A DNA stretch of 64,000 bases from Candidatus Moanibacter sp. (GTDB lineage: Bacteria > Verrucomicrobiota > Verrucomicrobiia > Opitutales > UBA2987): positions 24,728 through 88,727 of the forward strand of contig CBDCEW010000082.1 of assembly GCA_965215885.1 (NCBI GenBank), read 5' to 3'. Of this stretch, positions 1 to 8,367 are shown in pieces. The notes below the pieces were generated by a model. It had not been told where the DNA came from, made no database searches, and was given only the letters and a program-made list of their open reading frames with translations. Position numbers and translations under genes: made by a program. Each line of letters starts with the position of its first letter. Position 1 is the stretch's first letter.

Positions 1-1
1 C

Positions 2-1899
2 TTCACACGCCTCAGTCGTCTTCCCCTCACCACCGTCTCCGCCATTCATGGGGCGTGTCTTGGAGGCGGGTATGAGCTGGCGCTGGCCTGCGATTACCGG
101 ATCGCCTCCTTGCATTCGGCGACAAAACTTGGATTACCGGAGGTCCAGCTCGGCCTCATTCCGGCGTGGGGAGGGTGTACCCGATTGCCTCACCTTATCG
201 GCCAGCGCAAGGCGCTAAAGTCAATCCTGTCAGGAGAGATTTATTCCGCCACAAAGGCGAAGAGATTCGGGATTGTAGACGATGCTGTCTATGTCGAACT
301 TCTTCTCGAAGCCGCGAGCAGGATCGCTTCAGGTCCCAAGCGACCGAGGGTGGTCCCCTTCTTCGCCGGTTCGGTTTTCGCCTCCTCCATTATCCGCTCG
401 ATTAGCCGGCGAAGAATCCTCGAAAAGTCGCATGGCAATTATCCCGCCCCGATGAAAGCGCTTGAGGTCGTTACGCAAGCGCTGCGCGGTAGCGTGGAAG
501 ACTCCCTTAAGCGCGAAAAGCAAGCACTTTTGCAGCTCATCGAGACCGAAGCTTGTCGAAATCTCGTCAACGTTTTCTTCCTTCAGGAGCGCTCCAGGAA
601 GCTTCAATCGGCGCCGACTCGCCGACAATCTTCTACGATCCGTACCCAGTCCGTAAAGCAGGTGGCGGTGGTAGGCGCCGGGTTAATGGGCGCCGGTATC
701 GCTCAGTGGTGCAGTTCCCGGAACTGCTCCACGTCCTGCTAAGAGATGTCGACCGCGGAAAGTTGGCGCTGGGCCTTGCATCTGCGCGGCGCCTCTACAG
801 TGCAGGAATCAGAAGAGGAATCTTTACGCCACGGGAAGCGCAGTCGGGAATGGATCGGATCTGGCCAGTCGAGGGCGAAGACTCGATGCATCGTGCCGGT
901 CTGGCCATTGAAGCAGTCTTTGAAAGCCTGGATCTAAAGAGGCGGCTCTTCCGGGATTTGGAACGCAGGGTGGGCTCTGAAACGATACTTGCTTCGAATA
1001 CTTCGGCGCTGTCGATCACAGAGATTGCGTTAAACCTGAAACAGCCGGAGCGCTTTGTCGGTATACACTTTTTCAATCCCGTGCACCGAATGAAATTGGT
1101 CGAAGTGGTTCGGGGGAGGCTTACTTCGGAGAAGACCCTCGAGGCGGCTCTGAATTTCGTAAAACGTATCGGTAAACTGCCTGTAATCGTCAAGGACAGT
1201 CCGGGTTTTATCGTAAACCGAATACTCATGCCTTATCTCCTGGAATCGGTCCAGCTCCTGCGAGAGGGACACGGCGTTAGTCGATTGGACGAACTCGCCG
1301 TTCGCTTCGGAATGCCGATGGGACCGCTGCGCCTTATTGACGAAGTCGGTCTCGAAGTGGCTCAAAAGGTTGCCCGCTACCTCGGAGAGCGGCTCTCCTA
1401 CGATTCTAAAACCACGGATGACCTGGACGTCATGATTACCTATGGGTGGACTGGGAAGGGCGCTGGAAAAGGGTTCTACAGCTATGATCGAAAGGGGGAA
1501 ACGCTTGAAGAAAACCACGAGATTTACTCGGTTCTAAACGTGAAGGAAGAGGGGCACACCGATCCAAACATCATCATCGATCGCATGCTACTGCTTATGG
1601 TCAATGAGGCGGCACGCTGCCTCGAAGAGGAGGTTGCTGAAGCGCCCGAGGACATCGATTTCGCCATGATCATGGGCGCCGGTTGGGCGCCGTTCCGAGG
1701 GGGGCCCTTGCGCTACGCCGATTCAATTGGCATTCCCACCGTGATTGAAAAATTGGAGGGATTTGTTGAACAAGCCCGCAACCTATTTCAGCCATCCCCT
1801 CTTCTCGTCGACATGGCCAGACAAGGCAGAAACTTTTATTCGGCCCACACGACATCGGCGACCCAACCGGCTGCGCCGGAAATACAAAAAGTGTCATAA
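2..1899 (+). pseudogene. fadJ: Fatty-acid oxidation multifunctional enzyme alpha subunit (enoyl-CoA hydratase / 3-hydroxyacyl-CoA dehydrogenase, FadJ/FadB-like); 5' end outside window; frameshift near 720-730
   Basis: Frame 2 from base 2 gives AIHGACLGGGYELALACDYR, LGLPEVQLGLIP and VVGAGLMGAGIAQW, then stops at 742. Frame 1 continues LHVLLRDVD..IEAVFE..ASNTS..GIHFFNPV..PGFIVNR to 1899. Confidence 0.8.
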
Positions 1900-1910
1900 A
1901 AACTCAACCC

Positions 1911-3812
1911 GTGCTTGAGGCAAGACCACCGTCTAAGGAGGAACCGGCACCCCGGATCGACACTTCGAAAATGTCGCGGGGCAAACGGGAAGCCCTTGAG
2001 CTCACCGAAGCCGCCCGCGAAGGTGTGGCTCGAAACAAGGGGTTCGCCTCGGATCTATTCATGGGAAAGCTGTCTTTGAAGACGGCTTATCCTTTCCCAA
2101 AACAGTCCGAAGAAGATAAAGCGGCGGGGGCGCCTTTTCTCTCAAACCTCGAAGACGTATTGCGCCACGAGGCCGATCCCGACGCGATCGATGCAGAAGG
2201 GGAAATTCCCGATTCCCTCTTCGGCCGGTTGGCCGAAATCGGAGCCTTCGGAATCAAGACTCCCCGCGCATACGGCGGTCTCGGGCTGTCGCAGTCGAAC
2301 TACTCTAAGGCTGCCATGCTTTTGGGCAGTCATTGCGGTAACCTCACCGCTTTACTTTCCGCCCACCAATCGATCGGCGTTCCCCAGCCGCTGCTCCTAT
2401 TTGGAACGGACACACAGAAACGCGAATACCTTCCACGCCTGGCCGCCGGGGAGATTTCCGCCTTCGCCCTGACCGAGCGGGATGTCGGATCCGACCCGGC
2501 CCAGATGAAAACCTACGCCGAGCCAACCACGGATGGTGACAGTTTTATCCTTAACGGTGAAAAGCTCTGGTGCACGAATGGCACCCGAGCCGGGGTAATT
2601 GTCGTTATGGCACGTACTCCCGATAAGGTCATCGGGGGGAAAAAGAAGAAACAGATCACCGCGTTCATCGTAGAGATGGACACTCCCGGCGTGGAGGTCG
2701 TGCAACGCTGCCACTTTATGGGGCTTAAAGCCCTCTACAATGGCCTCATTCGGTTCAATGACGTACGCCTACCTCGTGAGAACATAATACTCTCCGAGGG
2801 CAAAGGTCTGAAAGTCGCCCTCACGACTTTGAACACTGGACGAATCACTCTTCCCGCCGCTTGCGTCGGATTCTCCAAGCGCTGCCTGAAGGTTACCAGG
2901 AAGTGGGCGGTAGAGCGCAAACAATGGGGAGGTCCTATCGGTAAGCACGCCGCCATCGCCGAGAAAATCGCTCGAATGGCGGCCGACATCTTCGCCCTGG
3001 AGTCGATGGTGCTCACAATCTCAGCACTGGTTGATCGCAAGGACCACGACGTACGGGTGGAGGCGGCCATGTGTAAACTGTGGGGCACGGAAATCGCCTG
3101 GCGCATCATTGACGATACCATGCAAATCCGTGGAGGGCGTGGCTATGAAACCGCGGATTCTCTCAAAACTCGCGGCGAGGATCCCGTTCCCGTAGAACGG
3201 ATGATGAGGGATAGTCGAATTAACCTGATTTTCGAAGGATCGAGTGAGATCATGCGGCTCTTCCTCGCCCGAGAGGCCCTCGAGCCGCATCTCGCTGTGG
3301 CGGGAGGAGTCCTGAATTCAAGGCTACCCTTACCCAGTCGTTTTCGAGAGGCCATTCGCGCAACTATCTTTTACAGTGGTTGGTATCCCCAACTCTGGAT
3401 CCCTTCCTGGACCTATTTACCGGGAGAACTGTATGGATCATTGCGAACGCCCTTCGCCTATGTGTCCGCAACTAGCAGACAATTGGCTCGCGCTCTTTTC
3501 CACTCTATGGCGCGCCACGGGCCAAGGCTCGACAAAGAGCAGTGCCTGCTAGGAAGGATCGTTGACATTGGGACAGAACTCTTCGTCATCACCGCCGCTA
3601 CTCTCCGAGCCGACGCAATCCTGAAAGAGGGTAATTCAGAGATTGAAAAGGAAAACGTTCTTCAGCTTGTGGATTTTCTCTTTAGAGAATCGAGATTAAG
3701 GATCGAGCGGAAATTTCATGATCTTCGACACCACAACGATCGACGGGGATACAAGCTCGCTCAAGACATCCTCCACGAGCGATTCATCTGGCTCGAAGAT
3801 GGTATCATATGA
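1911..3812 (+). CDS. Acyl-CoA dehydrogenase (long, ACAD9/VLCAD-like with C-terminal domain)
   Basis: Motifs AFALTE..GSD, LNGEKLWCTNG, QIRGGRGY, IFEGSSEI; directly follows the fadJ-like gene. Confidence 0.9.
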   Translation: MLEARPPSKEEPAPRIDTSKMSRGKREALELTEAAREGVARNKGFASDLFMGKLSLKTAYPFPKQSEEDKAAGAPFLSNLEDVLRHEADPDAIDAEGEIPDSLFGRLAEIGAFGIKTPRAYGGLGLSQSNYSKAAMLLGSHCGNLTALLSAHQSIGVPQPLLLFGTDTQKREYLPRLAAGEISAFALTERDVGSDPAQMKTYAEPTTDGDSFILNGEKLWCTNGTRAGVIVVMARTPDKVIGGKKKKQITAFIVEMDTPGVEVVQRCHFMGLKALYNGLIRFNDVRLPRENIILSEGKGLKVALTTLNTGRITLPAACVGFSKRCLKVTRKWAVERKQWGGPIGKHAAIAEKIARMAADIFALESMVLTISALVDRKDHDVRVEAAMCKLWGTEIAWRIIDDTMQIRGGRGYETADSLKTRGEDPVPVERMMRDSRINLIFEGSSEIMRLFLAREALEPHLAVAGGVLNSRLPLPSRFREAIRATIFYSGWYPQLWIPSWTYLPGELYGSLRTPFAYVSATSRQLARALFHSMARHGPRLDKEQCLLGRIVDIGTELFVITAATLRADAILKEGNSEIEKENVLQLVDFLFRESRLRIERKFHDLRHHNDRRGYKLAQDILHERFIWLEDGII

Positions 3813-3829
3813 TATCCCCTAGCCTATAA

Positions 3830-4159
3830 ATGGATACCGATAGTTCGTGGGCGGTACGAATTGTAATTCTCGATATTCCGCCCGACGGTTTCAAAAATGC
3901 TTCTGAATGTGGCACTGGATCCTGTAAAGTAAACTCCTGCCAGCTCCCTCTGCGGGAGACATCTTCCTATTTCCGGACAGCGGCGAAACCGCCTCCGAAA
4001 AGCTTTGATATTGAGAGAATTGGTTTTGATAGAGGAACAATTCCAGAGGATCAACTCGAGCACTGTGCAGGTCCTGTCTTTAATGGCGCCACTGGTTCAA
4101 TTACCGATTTTTCAGAATTACCCGCAGCCAAGAAGGCGGCTCAAGGTGAATCATCGTGA
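3830..4159 (+). CDS. Hypothetical protein (possibly a degenerate HAD-hydrolase C-terminal remnant)
   Basis: ATG 17 nt after the ACAD stop; KPPP...ITDFSEL only loosely resembles HAD C-termini. Confidence 0.25.
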   Translation: MDTDSSWAVRIVILDIPPDGFKNASECGTGSCKVNSCQLPLRETSSYFRTAAKPPPKSFDIERIGFDRGTIPEDQLEHCAGPVFNGATGSITDFSELPAAKKAAQGESS

Positions 4160-4184
4160 AATGGAATTTCGAAGACCGTCAGGC

Positions 4185-4252
4185 GTAGGAAGGCCGCTAG
4201 CGGCCGAAAGGAAGACCGATGTATTCGAATCGCTCGCGAGCGAGCTTCCTAC
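4185..4252. repeat. Inverted pair of 23-bp GTAG-type REP elements (REPIN-like)
   Basis: GTAGGAAGGCCGCTAGCGGCCGA (4185-4207) and, on the minus strand, GTAGGAAGCTCGCTCGCGAGCGA (4230-4252); the differences preserve the internal palindrome. Confidence 0.65.
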
Positions 4253-4280
4253 CCTCGGACCCCTCTTATTTTTAACTTGG

Positions 4281-4484
4281 TAATTCCCCGTAGCTTGCTA
4301 CGGGGTCGGTGACTTTCTCAAGAATCATCGCGCGCGGAGCGCCCGATCCACCCGTAGCAAGGATGCTCGTGGTGGAACGGCCCCTCCGGGGACGTTTGTA
4401 GTAACTTGGAGTAAAGCATGGGCAATTCCTGTCCAAACGGCGAAAGAGTTAGATACCCCGCAGCTTGCTGCGGGGAGTGTTCAT
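4281..4484 (+). mobile_element. Non-autonomous IS200/IS605-like element (two subterminal hairpins, no transposase)
   Basis: CCCCGTAGC-TT-GCTACGGGG (4286-4305) and CCCCGCAGC-TT-GCTGCGGGG (4456-4475), followed by AGTGTTCAT, which resembles an IS200/IS605 right end. Confidence 0.6.
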
Positions 4485-4652
4485 CAGGCGGTCATTCAGG
4501 AAGCCCGCGGAAGACTTCTCTCCACTATTTCAGTGGCCAGGCGGGCGAGGAACTCCTCAATGCGGGGAGTGTTCATCAGGCGGTCATTCAGGAAGCCCGC
4601 GGAAGACTTCTCTCCACTATTTCAGTGGCCAGGCGGGCGAGGAACTCCTCAA
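4469..4652. repeat. Exact 92-bp tandem duplication (4469-4560 / 4561-4652)
   Basis: The unit TGCGGGGAGTGTTCAT...GGAACTCCTCAA occurs twice; it includes the thrS 3' end and the last 16 nt of the IS-like element. Confidence 0.95.
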
Positions 4653-6420
4653 TTGTGAAGTTTCCGTTGTTCGCTTTGTTCGTTCTTGAGCGGACCGAAA
4701 CTTCCTTCGCCTCGACCTCTTTGGCGCCGACCACGAGCATGTAGGAGACTTTGTCGGTTTCGGCTCGCCTGATCTTCGCGCCCAGTTTGTCGGATTGCGC
4801 GTCGACCGTCACTCGAATCTTCGATGCCACAAGCGTTTCCGCCACCTTTTCAGCGTAAGCATTCTGGTGGTCGGTTATGGGCAGCAGCCGAACCTGCTCG
4901 GGCGCCAGCCAGGTTGGAAAACTCCCGGCAAAGTGCTCAATAAGAACGCTGACGAATCGCTCCAAGGAACCAAAGGGAGCGCGGTGAATCATTACCGGAC
5001 GATGCGGCGAATTGTCCGGGCCGATATAAGAGAGACCGAATCGCTCCGGCAGACTGTAATCCAATTGAACGGTACCGAGTTGCCAATCACGGCCAATTAC
5101 GTCTTTGACCACAAAGTCAATCTTGGGACCGTAAAACGCAGCCTCGCCTATTTCTTCGGAATAGGGTACGCCGAGCGTTCCCGCCTCCTCCCTCAAAACC
5201 GTTTCAGCCTTATCCCAGAGTTCCGGATCCCCGGCGTATTTGTCGGATTCGCGATCCCTGAGACCGATCCGCACGCGATAATCGTCTACTCCGAGTGTAG
5301 AGAGGATGACATTTACGAGTTCGAGACAACCGGAAAGCTCAGCCTTTACCTGTGCTTCCGTGCAGAAGATATGGGCATCATCCTGAGTCATTCCGCGGAC
5401 GCGCGCCATGCCGTTCAGCTCTCCCGATTTTTCCCATCGATAAACGGTTCCGAACTCTGCCAGCCTGACAGGAAGATCGCGATAAGAACGCGGTTGGGAA
5501 GCGTAGATCTTGATGTGGAAGGGACAGTTCATCGGCTTTAACATGTATCCCTCCACATCTCCCTCCTCCAACCGGTTAGAGAGATCGGCGCAGGAGCAGC
5601 CTTCCTCGGCCAGCTTTTCGATTTCCTCGCGGTCCACCAGAGGAGGGTATTGCGAGTCTTTGAAATATGGAAAATGACCGGAGGTCCGGTAGAGCTGCAA
5701 TTTTCCGATATGTGGAGTAAAGACCTGTTCGTAACCCTGTTTTCTCAACTCTTCTGCAATGAAATCCTGCAATTCCTGCCGAATAATCGCGCCCTTTGGG
5801 GTCCACAATACCAGACCTGGTCCGACCGATTCGTCGAGATGAAAGAGGTGTAGATCCCTACCAATAATTCGGTGGTCGCGCTTGCGCGCTTCCTCCAGTT
5901 GATGAAGGTATCCGTCCAGTTCCTCCCTCTTTGGAAAAGCGGTTCCGTAAATGCGCTGGAGCTGCGCATTCTTCTCATCACCGCGATGATAGGCACCCGC
6001 GATGCTGAGGAGCTTGAAGATCTTGACCTTCTTTGTGTACTTCACATGGGTTCCGGCACAGAGATCGACAAATTCGCCATTTCGGTAGAATGAGATCGAG
6101 TCACCTTCCGGTATATCCGCCAGACGTCCCAGTTTGTATCGATTTTGACCGATCTCACGGATCAGCTTCTCCGCCTCTTCGCGCGACGTCTCGATCCGCT
6201 CAAACTTCTGATTCTCCTTGACCACCTGTTTCATCTCGGCCTCGATGCGCTCGAGATCCTCGGCAGTAAACTTGTGGTCGAGGTCGAAATCGTAATAGAA
6301 TCCGGAGTCAGTCGGTGGGCCGATATCCAGTTTGGTTTCGGGATAGAGACGCAATACTGCCGTAGCCATCATGTGCGCGGCGGAATGACGAAGTTCCTCT
6401 AATGGTGACATTGTTTTCAT
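4588..6420 (-). CDS. thrS: Threonine--tRNA ligase
   Basis: LRHSAAH, DLCAGTH, KPMNCP, AFYGPKID, IHRAPFGSLERF. Start placed at ATG 6420 because the upstream in-frame extension runs through the attenuator. Confidence 0.97.
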   Translation of the reverse strand: MKTMSPLEELRHSAAHMMATAVLRLYPETKLDIGPPTDSGFYYDFDLDHKFTAEDLERIEAEMKQVVKENQKFERIETSREEAEKLIREIGQNRYKLGRLADIPEGDSISFYRNGEFVDLCAGTHVKYTKKVKIFKLLSIAGAYHRGDEKNAQLQRIYGTAFPKREELDGYLHQLEEARKRDHRIIGRDLHLFHLDESVGPGLVLWTPKGAIIRQELQDFIAEELRKQGYEQVFTPHIGKLQLYRTSGHFPYFKDSQYPPLVDREEIEKLAEEGCSCADLSNRLEEGDVEGYMLKPMNCPFHIKIYASQPRSYRDLPVRLAEFGTVYRWEKSGELNGMARVRGMTQDDAHIFCTEAQVKAELSGCLELVNVILSTLGVDDYRVRIGLRDRESDKYAGDPELWDKAETVLREEAGTLGVPYSEEIGEAAFYGPKIDFVVKDVIGRDWQLGTVQLDYSLPERFGLSYIGPDNSPHRPVMIHRAPFGSLERFVSVLIEHFAGSFPTWLAPEQVRLLPITDHQNAYAEKVAETLVASKIRVTVDAQSDKLGAKIRRAETDKVSYMLVVGAKEVEAKEVSVRSRTNKANNGNFTIEEFLARLATEIVERSLPRAS

Positions 6421-6454
6421 TTGTATCCTGGTTAAAATAAACGGAATCTGTATA

Positions 6455-6547
6455 AAATAAAAAAGCCCAAAAGCATTTCGCTTCCGGGCTTGGTTGAGTT
6501 TTGTATTGAAAATCTGTTCAGGCAAATACAGGCCAAGCCCCGAAGCG
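6455..6547 (-). promoter_or_regulatory. Transcription attenuator upstream of thrS (terminator 6455-6491; antiterminator arms 6533-6547 and 6479-6493)
   Basis: Minus strand AAGCCCGGAAGC-GAAAT-GCTTTTGGGCTT-TTTTATTTT terminator; upstream CGCTTCGGGGCTTGG pairs at 14/15 positions with CCAAGCCCGGAAGCG, the terminator 5' arm. Confidence 0.8.
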
Positions 6548-6592
6548 GCAAGTTCGGGTCAAAGGGGTAGTGCCCTCTATCGTAGAATGCAT
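6518..6592 (-). CDS. Putative Thr-rich leader peptide MHSTIEGTTPLTRTCRFGAWPVFA (alternative in-frame ATG at 6604)
   Basis: Five Thr codons within 11 codons, immediately 5' of the antiterminator arm; TTGACT-like -35 element just upstream at the cysS end. Confidence 0.7.
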   Translation of the reverse strand: MHSTIEGTTPLTRTCRFGAWPVFA

Positions 6593-6616
6593 TAGCTCAG
6601 GCATGAAGGTGTGTTT

Positions 6617-8041
6617 TCAATGGAAGTCAAGTCTTCTCTGCAAATCGAAGCCGTCTTTTCGGTCGAGCACCTTCCACCCCTTTTTCCCGATCTCGTCCCG
6701 AAGGGCGTCGGCGGAAGGATAGTCCCTTAGCTCCTTAGCCCTCCAACGCTGTTCCGCGAGTTCGCGAATCTCGACCGGCGCCTCTGCTTCCTGCGCTTCT
6801 GTAAACGGTTTCAGCCCTAGCGCGAAGAGCAGGCAGCTAAAGGCAGGCAGCGCTGAACCAATGGCGCCACTGTCGTTCCGATTCAGGATTCTAAAGAGTT
6901 CTCCAAGGCATTTCGGAGTATTGAGATCATTGCACAATTCCTCCCACGCCTCTCCGAATAAACCCCAATCGGAGAATTCTCCGCGGTGAAGGTCACTGAA
7001 GTTCTCTTCCGAGATGTCCCTCATTTCGAGTAGTGGTCTCAGCGCCGTATCCAGTTTTTGAAGGGCGCTGGTTGCAGCATTCAAACTGTTGCGGGTGAAA
7101 TTCAAGGGTTGTCGATAGTGGCCTGAGAGCAGTGCCAAACGCAACGCCATGGGAGAAAAGCCCATCTCCAGGATCTCGTTTACAGTGTGAATATTTCCCA
7201 GACTCTTGCTCATCTTTTCACTTTCGACGCGAAGCATGGCGCCATGCATCCAATGTCTGGCGAAGGGCTTGCCGGTAGCGCCTTCGCTCTGCGCAATTTC
7301 GTTATCATGATGAGGAAAACAGAGGTCGCTGCCGCCGCCGTGAAGGTCGAATGTATCGCCAAGGTATTCCATGCTCATGACGGAACACTCTAAATGCCAA
7401 CCAGGTCGCCCTTCCCCCCATGGACTTGGCCAGTAGTTTTCGCCATCCTCCGGCTTACGTGCTTTCCAAAGGGCAAAATCCGCAATCGACTCGCGATCGT
7501 AGTGATCGGCCAGGTTTAGAGCGCCCCCACTGGTAGTCTCCTGCGATTGCAATTCTCGTCTCTCCAATCGTGTCAACCTACCGTAGCGCGGGAAGGAGCT
7601 CACTTTAAAGTAAACAGAGCCGTCGGCCGCCCTGTAAGCATAGGCATTTTCGATCAGCTTTTCGACTATTGCGATCTGCTGGGGAACGTGATCGGAAGCT
7701 CTTGGCTCAATGTCGGGGACGAGGAGGTTGAGTTTGGCACAGTCCTCGTGAAAGACCCGGGTCCACTTTTTTGTAAATGACGATAAAGGCTCCCCCTCTT
7801 TTTGACTCCGCTCGATTGTGCGATCGTCCACATCTGTGAGGTTTCGCACGTATAGCGGGTGCATACCGGCCGACTGCAGAACACGGTAAAAGACATCGAG
7901 GCTTATGAAGGTTCGGAAATTGCCGATGTGTGTGAATCCGTAGACAGTGGGGCCGCAACCATAGAATCGAAATCGTTTTCCGTCTTCTGCTCGAAGCGGT
8001 CTGACTGTTCGGGTCAAGGTGTCATAGAGTTGCAGTGACAT
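6617..8041 (-). CDS. cysS: Cysteine--tRNA ligase
   Basis: CGPTVY..HIGN, DFALWK, GRPGWHLEC, FPHHDNE, KMSKS. Confidence 0.97.
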   Translation of the reverse strand: MSLQLYDTLTRTVRPLRAEDGKRFRFYGCGPTVYGFTHIGNFRTFISLDVFYRVLQSAGMHPLYVRNLTDVDDRTIERSQKEGEPLSSFTKKWTRVFHEDCAKLNLLVPDIEPRASDHVPQQIAIVEKLIENAYAYRAADGSVYFKVSSFPRYGRLTRLERRELQSQETTSGGALNLADHYDRESIADFALWKARKPEDGENYWPSPWGEGRPGWHLECSVMSMEYLGDTFDLHGGGSDLCFPHHDNEIAQSEGATGKPFARHWMHGAMLRVESEKMSKSLGNIHTVNEILEMGFSPMALRLALLSGHYRQPLNFTRNSLNAATSALQKLDTALRPLLEMRDISEENFSDLHRGEFSDWGLFGEAWEELCNDLNTPKCLGELFRILNRNDSGAIGSALPAFSCLLFALGLKPFTEAQEAEAPVEIRELAEQRWRAKELRDYPSADALRDEIGKKGWKVLDRKDGFDLQRRLDFH

Positions 8042-8096
8042 AAGTAGAAAAACAGGGGAGCTCGTTTATCGTGAACAACGAGATTGTGTTCGAAGC

Positions 8097-8352
8097 CTAA
8101 CCCGAAGATTCCACAGATCTTCGGGTTAGACACCAAAACCGCTCCGGAACCATTTGATAGAAAAGGGATCAAAAGCTCTCAAGTGAACCATTCACTTGGG
8201 CAAGCAGAAACACACTGTTGCAGAATCTTGCCGAGCAGGTCCATTTCCTTTTCTTCTGATTTTTTCAACAACAGCCCCTTCCGGATGCGGTTTTGGGCTA
8301 GCCCGGAAATTGCAAGATGTCGCTTCGCTCAGTAGTGAGATTTCCGGGCTAA
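8097..8352. mobile_element. Cluster of three abutting MITE-like inverted-repeat elements delimited by YTAR tetramers
   Basis: CTAA-CCCGAAGAT..ATCTTCGGG-TTAG (8101-8125); CCAAAACCGCTCCGGAA..TTCCGGATGCGGTTTTGG (8133-8296); CTAG-CCCGGAAAT..ATTTCCGGG-CTAA (8302-8348). Confidence 0.55.
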
Positions 8353-8367
8353 CTGGACAACACGCCC

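Noticed and set aside
4281..4652. Possible CRISPR array (recurring CCCCG..CGGGG hairpins)
   Set aside because: Only two full hairpins, 170 nt apart, plus a duplicated half; no regular repeat-spacer period and no cas genes.
4418..4744. ORFs with internal peptide repeats (4418-4744, 4465-4689)
   Set aside because: By-products of the 92-bp tandem duplication, antisense to thrS.
6421..6525. N-terminal extension of thrS given by the ORF track
   Set aside because: Runs through the terminator hairpin; ThrS similarity begins at MKTMSPLEELRHS (6420).
6430..6616. T-box riboswitch upstream of thrS
   Set aside because: No AAGGTGGNACC T-box sequence or stem I motifs seen; the leader-peptide model fits better.
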